DNA from: Clostridium sp.
GTDB taxonomy: Bacteria > Bacillota > Clostridia > TANB77 > CAG-508
DNA length: 64,000 bases
Reading direction: 5' to 3'
Assembly: GCA_052174015.1 (NCBI GenBank)
Contig: JBQMXM010000001.1
Span: 27,962-91,961 of the forward strand
The notes beneath the pieces are model-generated. The model saw nothing but the letters and a program-made list of their open reading frames with translations, was not told the DNA's origin and ran no database searches. The position numbers and the translations under genes are program-made. Positions 59,119 through 64,000 of this stretch are shown piece after piece. Each line of letters begins with the position of its first letter. The first letter of the stretch is position 1.

Positions 59119-59150
59119 AAAGGGAGCTTATGCCCCCTTTTTATTAATAT
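59119..59150 (-). terminator. Intrinsic terminator after the LCP gene
   Basis: aaaaagggagcttatgcccccttttt hairpin (GC stem with one mismatch) flanked by an A-run and a T-run. Confidence 0.55.
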
Positions 59151-59173
59151 GTAAATTTATTTTGTTTTGCCTA

Positions 59174-60187
59174 CTAATTCCCCTTTGTGTTATTTTGTTT
59201 AATGTTTTCTACAAAATTATCTATATTTTTTTCTGATACTTCTTCTATTTCTGGTTTTTTAAATAACCTATATAATACTTCTTTGAATTCTTTTTTATCT
59301 GGTAAAAAGAACCATGCTGTTGTTTTTATATCTTTTCCCGGTACTGAATCTGATTTTAAATTTTCGCTTTCAAAATCTATTGCATATGCTAAATAGTCTT
59401 TTATTTCATTGAAAGTTAAATCTGTTTTAACATTATCTATCACTATTTTTACTATATCTAATGTTTTAGTTATATTTTTTATTTGCAATATTTGCTTACT
59501 AGCTGTCTTTATAAATTCTCTTTGTGTCCTACTTCTACCATGGTCTTCTATTCCATAATCCCAAGGATATGTTGTTCCATCATCATTATGTCTAAATCTA
59601 AGCATTCCTTCTATTTGTCTTCCTGATAGTTTTTGTGGACCTTTTTTTAATTCTATTGATAGTTTCTGTCCTCTATCATGATAACTCATATCTATTGGTA
59701 CATCATATTCTATACCACCTATACTATCTGCTATTTTAACTATAGCTTCTGTATCTAAAACTATATATTTATCTATTTCTAAATTTGTTAATTTTTCTAT
59801 TTTAGTTTTTACTGCTTGAACTCCATGTAATGGATATATTGCATTAATCTTATCACTTGAACCACCTTTATTTACATCATATCCTACAAATGTATCACGT
59901 GGTATTGATAATATAGATGCTTTATTTAATTTAGGCCAATATCTAGCTACCATTATTGTATCAGAATTGTTTTCGTTTGTACCTAATATTAGTATATTTA
60001 TAGGTTCTAAATTTTTTTTCTTTTCTAAGTTAAAAGTTGCTTTTACTAAACCTTTAACTCCTCCTCCATATCTTTGAATTTTACTTCCATAATATCCAAT
60101 TATAATCAGGAGAATGATACAAAAGATTATTAATATCTTTCTTCCTTTATTCTTTTTTTTCTTATTACTCATTTTATACCTCAACAA
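59174..60187 (-). CDS. LytR-CpsA-Psr (LCP) family cell-wall polymer transferase
   Basis: N-terminal TM helix, INILILGTNENNSDTIMVARY...SIPRDTFV matches the LCP motifs. Confidence 0.85.
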   Translation of the reverse strand: MLRYKMSNKKKKNKGRKILIIFCIILLIIIGYYGSKIQRYGGGVKGLVKATFNLEKKKNLEPINILILGTNENNSDTIMVARYWPKLNKASILSIPRDTFVGYDVNKGGSSDKINAIYPLHGVQAVKTKIEKLTNLEIDKYIVLDTEAIVKIADSIGGIEYDVPIDMSYHDRGQKLSIELKKGPQKLSGRQIEGMLRFRHNDDGTTYPWDYGIEDHGRSRTQREFIKTASKQILQIKNITKTLDIVKIVIDNVKTDLTFNEIKDYLAYAIDFESENLKSDSVPGKDIKTTAWFFLPDKKEFKEVLYRLFKKPEIEEVSEKNIDNFVENIKQNNTKGN

Positions 60188-60265
60188 TAGTTAATATATC
60201 AAATTAATTTTTTAAAATCAATATTTGCAATACATTTTATTGTTTTTTATTCTAAATTTATATAT

Positions 60266-62269
60266 TTATCTTAAATCTATAATTTTTCTTATATATTTCT
60301 TTTTTAATTGTTCTTTTGATTTTTTTGTAATCTTATATGGTAATATACATTTAGTTATATTACTATTACCATATTTTTTATTCATATTTTCTTCTTCTTT
60401 TTTAATTGTTTCTTCATATAGTTTTAATATATTTTCTTTTAAATATTCTGGATTATTCTTTGTCCATTTTAAATATAATTCTTTTTTAAAATAGTTATTA
60501 AAACTTTCTTTCTTATTTTTTTGATATAATAATATCTTTAATTTTGTTTCATTAAAAAATAATATATCTATTAATTTTTGAACTTGCTCATTAATAGGTG
60601 ATGCTATTTCTTCTTCATCTATATCTATATTTTGTTTATCATTTCCACTTTTATTATTTTCTTTTGATATTTCTATTATTTTAAAATATATCATCATATC
60701 TTCTAATAGTTTTAATATATCTTTTCTTATATTATCTAAAGGTACTGTTAATATATTTTCAATACTTCCTTCTTTTTTTATAATATTATTGTATATTATA
60801 TCTTCTGCTTGTTTTTCCATATATATATCTTTATATATCAAGTTTAGATCTTCTCTTGTTTTTATTTTAATTTCATCATTATTTTCTTTTAATAAGTATC
60901 TACTTATATTTTCAGTATATGTTTTTGATTTTGTTTGAATATATGACCTATCAAAATTTAATATTTCTTTAATTATATAATTATATTTCTTATTAAAAAT
61001 TATATAATTTTCTATTTCAGTCCTACTTTTAAAACAATTAAGTTGTATATCTATTTTAACATACATTTTATTATATATTGATACATTTTTTAATATTTCT
61101 GCTATTGAATATATACTTACTATAGCTTCTTCTATTTTTTTAGTTGAAAATGTTTTAGTTATAATTGTATTATTATATGTTTCTACTAAATTTTCAACAT
61201 CTAATATCCATAAATATTTTTTTAATATAGTTGGTATATTACTCTCATCTATAATAATTTTAAACTCTATATTACTATATTCATTTTTAAAAAAGTTAAT
61301 TAAATAGTAATATATTTTTTTATTTTCTATAAATTTATAGTTTTTTCTTTTTAAATATCTAAAATATTTTTCTATTTCAAATTCTCTTATTAACTCTGTT
61401 TGCTTTTCTAAAACTCCTATAGTGTCAACATTTTCTTTTAATATTGATAATATATATATTTTATCATTATGGTCTAACAGATCTTTTTGAAGCAATACAT
61501 ATTCATATATTCTATCATTTAATACTATCTCTATTTTTCTATTTTTATTATCTTCTTGCATTAATTTACTAATACTTTCAAGATTCTTTTTATATTTATT
61601 TCTAATTTGATTTGATTTTAACGCCTTATATCTTATACATTCTTCTAACTTTCTTTCATCTGTTTTTATATATTTTAATAATCTTCTAATTTCTAAAACT
61701 GGTATTTTTTCTAAAGTATATAATACATCTATTAGATATACTACTTTTTCTTTATGTATTTCATTTGTTAAATTTTTTGATTCTAATACTAAAATAAAAT
61801 AATCAATTATTTTTTGAAAAAACATTTCTCCAATTAATAATGCACTCTTTATAAGATATGTCATTTCTTTTTTAACTTGTTCTTCTGAACTTGTTTGTAG
61901 TATATTTACAATAATATTTTGAGCTATCTTTTTTTCTTCTTTTTTATTAATAATATATTCATCAACATCATTAATCTTCTTTAATTTATAGTTCTTATTA
62001 TTAAAATACACTTTATTATAAAATGGGTTATCAAATAATTTAAACACATTTTTAGATATATTATGAGTATTTGCAATATTATCATTATCAGAATTATACT
62101 TACTTTTAGTTATTATATCACTAATCTCTTTATCACGATAAACTTTTCCTTGTTTTTCGTTTTCTGCTAAAAGTCTCATTAATTCCTTAACTTTTTGTGT
62201 TCTTTCTTGTGTATGTCTTTTATATTTAATTATTCTTATCTTTTTTTCTACTTCTGTCATATGTACCAA
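60266..62269 (-). CDS. Hypothetical 667-aa Lys/Glu/Ile-rich helical protein
   Basis: A long ORF with consistent codon usage. No TM helices, Walker motifs or other recognisable signatures. Confidence 0.4.
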   Translation of the reverse strand: MVHMTEVEKKIRIIKYKRHTQERTQKVKELMRLLAENEKQGKVYRDKEISDIITKSKYNSDNDNIANTHNISKNVFKLFDNPFYNKVYFNNKNYKLKKINDVDEYIINKKEEKKIAQNIIVNILQTSSEEQVKKEMTYLIKSALLIGEMFFQKIIDYFILVLESKNLTNEIHKEKVVYLIDVLYTLEKIPVLEIRRLLKYIKTDERKLEECIRYKALKSNQIRNKYKKNLESISKLMQEDNKNRKIEIVLNDRIYEYVLLQKDLLDHNDKIYILSILKENVDTIGVLEKQTELIREFEIEKYFRYLKRKNYKFIENKKIYYYLINFFKNEYSNIEFKIIIDESNIPTILKKYLWILDVENLVETYNNTIITKTFSTKKIEEAIVSIYSIAEILKNVSIYNKMYVKIDIQLNCFKSRTEIENYIIFNKKYNYIIKEILNFDRSYIQTKSKTYTENISRYLLKENNDEIKIKTREDLNLIYKDIYMEKQAEDIIYNNIIKKEGSIENILTVPLDNIRKDILKLLEDMMIYFKIIEISKENNKSGNDKQNIDIDEEEIASPINEQVQKLIDILFFNETKLKILLYQKNKKESFNNYFKKELYLKWTKNNPEYLKENILKLYEETIKKEEENMNKKYGNSNITKCILPYKITKKSKEQLKKKYIRKIIDLR

Positions 62270-62283
62270 CTTATTAAATTTTT

Positions 62284-62997
62284 TTATCTTTTGTTTTTTA
62301 ATATTTGTTCTATTATTATTTCTTTAGCTTTCTCACTTATTTTGTAATATGTATTTTTATCTTCTTCATTTATTTCATAATATTCATTATATCTATTACT
62401 TTTTTCATTGTTTTGTTCTTCTGTTTTCTCTTTAGTTTCATTTATAGTATTTGAATCTAAAGATATATTTATTGTATCATCTTTATCATTATCATTATTA
62501 TTATTTTTATCATAATGATTACTTTCACTTTTATCTATTTCAGCATCTATATCTTCTTTACTTTCATCACTATATTTAGTTACAGTTTTGGTTTTTATAT
62601 TTGCTGAATCTATTTCTAAATTTTTAAAATCATTAAAATTATTAAAGTTATTTCTTTTTAGAGTTGAAGATATAAATATATTAACATCTTTTCTCTCTAA
62701 AATGTCTATAATCTTGTTTTTGCATAAACTTGTATAAAACATTTTTTCATTATCTACTATTATTGAATACATTAATTGTGGTGAAAATTCTTGCACATCC
62801 TTTATATGTATTAATGGTAAATTTTTTGCTAATGATAATGGCAATACTTTTTCTATTCTTTTTACTATTTTTTCTTCTTCTGTAAGCACATTATATGCTT
62901 TTCCAAATAGTATTTCATTTAACTCTTTTAAGTTTTCAACTTGATATATATCTAGTCCTGCCATATATATTAATTTTGTATTTTTAAAATCTTCCAC
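62284..62997 (-). CDS. Hypothetical 237-aa protein with an ordered N-terminal half and an Asp/Asn/Glu-rich acidic C-terminal half
   Basis: ORF immediately downstream of cvpA and upstream of the 667-aa gene (14-nt spacing), so probably co-transcribed. Confidence 0.4.
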   Translation of the reverse strand: MEDFKNTKLIYMAGLDIYQVENLKELNEILFGKAYNVLTEEEKIVKRIEKVLPLSLAKNLPLIHIKDVQEFSPQLMYSIIVDNEKMFYTSLCKNKIIDILERKDVNIFISSTLKRNNFNNFNDFKNLEIDSANIKTKTVTKYSDESKEDIDAEIDKSESNHYDKNNNNDNDKDDTINISLDSNTINETKEKTEEQNNEKSNRYNEYYEINEEDKNTYYKISEKAKEIIIEQILKNKR

Positions 62998-63008
62998 TTT
63001 AAAACTCC

Positions 63009-63686
63009 TTATTTTACAAACTTATTTAATATATTGTTTTCATAGATAATTTTAGTTATTATTGTTTCGTCAATTATCTTAACAACATTATTATTTGTAT
63101 TTTTAATATTTATTATTCTTATTGCAAATAGTATTATTAATATCAATAACATTATTTTAATAAATGCAAGTATCCCTCCACCTATATAGTTAATATTATT
63201 AATTAAAGGTATGCTATCTATTATTCCACTAAATACCTTTGTTAGCACTATAAATATTATATATAGTAATACATATATTATTATACTTATTGTTGCTCTA
63301 AGTCCTAATGAAACTATATGTTTTATAGCTATAGATGTTATCTCTTTAGTTGTTTTCTCCTTATTTTCTTTAATCTTGTTATTAACTATATTTTCTAAAA
63401 AGTTAGAACTATTCTTTGTATCTTTCTCTTTTTTATCATCAGATAATACTTTACTTCTATTACTTTCTACTAATTCATATACTTTTTGTTCTAAATCTGT
63501 ACTTACAGCTATTTTATCTGCAAACATTGGAGATATTTGTATTGATAAAGCTATACTAAGTGGCACTAATAATAATATTGCCGCTATCTCCAAAATTGTT
63601 TGAACAAATCCTTTTTTTACACCCATCATTACTGAAAAGGCTATTATAATTATTAAAACTAAATCTAAAACGATTCCTATTCCCAT
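63009..63686 (-). CDS. cvpA: CvpA (colicin V production) family membrane protein
   Basis: N-terminal GIVLDLVLIIIIAFSVMMGVKKGFVQTILE..., four TM helices, ~225 aa, typical of the CvpA family. Confidence 0.65.
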   Translation of the reverse strand: MGIGIVLDLVLIIIIAFSVMMGVKKGFVQTILEIAAILLLVPLSIALSIQISPMFADKIAVSTDLEQKVYELVESNRSKVLSDDKKEKDTKNSSNFLENIVNNKIKENKEKTTKEITSIAIKHIVSLGLRATISIIIYVLLYIIFIVLTKVFSGIIDSIPLINNINYIGGGILAFIKIMLLILIILFAIRIINIKNTNNNVVKIIDETIITKIIYENNILNKFVK

Positions 63687-63698
63687 ATTATTCTCCTA

Positions 63699-64000
63699 TT
63701 ATATATTTATTATTTCCATTCTATCTGTGTAAATTACTAATAATGTATTACTATTAATTTTAAAATCTTTTACTTCTTTACTTCCTTTGTATCTTTTCTT
63801 TTCCCAACCATTTAAATTTATTATTTGAATTTCTGTTCCTGTATTTATAGCAACTAAATCTTTAAATACTTTAATTTCTTTTGGTGAATTTTCTCCTAAA
63901 TTGTATTTTGAAAGCTCTTTACCATATTCTGATAGTATTTTTAATTCATAATTAGATTTAAATAAATTTACATTTTCTTTTTTTAATACTACTATCCCTA
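63699..64000 (-). CDS. 3' end of a gene whose start lies beyond the window (C-terminal 99 codons; product unknown)
   Basis: Open frame on the minus strand from the window edge to the TAA at 63699-63701; my hand translation ends ...LLVIYTDRMEIINI. Confidence 0.3.
   Translation of the reverse strand, partial: GIVVLKKENVNLFKSNYELKILSEYGKELSKYNLGENSPKEIKVFKDLVAINTGTEIQIINLNGWEKKRYKGSKEVKDFKINSNTLLVIYTDRMEIINI

Overview
The window is extremely AT-rich with a strong Lys/Asn/Ile codon bias. The gene content looks like a low-GC Firmicutes/Clostridia-like chromosome segment. Nearly every gene lies on the minus strand. The exceptions are tmcAL, one tRNA-Met(CAT) and one candidate small RNA.

Recognisable housekeeping genes are:
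- the DUF1292/ruvX/UPF0297 triplet;
- cdd-recO-era;
- cysS, lysS and asnS;
- buk, ctpA, rpiB, ftsH and htrA;
- rluB and rluD;
- xseA/xseB, nusB and the asp23/amaP module;
- a truncated division cluster (ftsQ, two DUF881 genes, sbp) that lacks ftsA/ftsZ;
- scpB, rpsF-ssb-rpsR, an ABC-F ATPase, dusB, rodA, minD-minE (no minC), comEA, an LCP protein and cvpA.

A wall-polysaccharide module (GtrA-like, GT2, GT4, DUF1846) is also present.

Several accessory modules stand out:
1. An AbiEi-like wHTH gene sits next to a 721-aa lysine-rich protein that carries an HExxHxxQ metallopeptidase-like motif.
2. A four-gene pilin-like cluster, plus a fifth 420-aa homolog, has prepilin-type N-termini that lack Glu+5; no assembly genes are adjacent.
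3. An operon encodes a receiver+ParA-like pseudo-ATPase, a GAF/degenerate-GGDEF membrane protein and two envelope proteins.
4. A small-protein family ends in SYEDDW, with an internal tandem duplication.
5. A Cys-rich Hsp33-C-terminal-like miniprotein is inserted into the division cluster.
6. MinE carries a long acidic tail.
7. An autolysin-like protein ends in dockerin-like repeats.
8. A stand-alone sRNA candidate has a consensus promoter and an intrinsic terminator.
9. A 50-nt GC-rich island sits inside an AT-rich gene.

No CRISPR array, integrase, transposase or rRNA was seen. Family assignments come from reading the translated ORFs by eye. No database search was run, so they are best treated as hypotheses.
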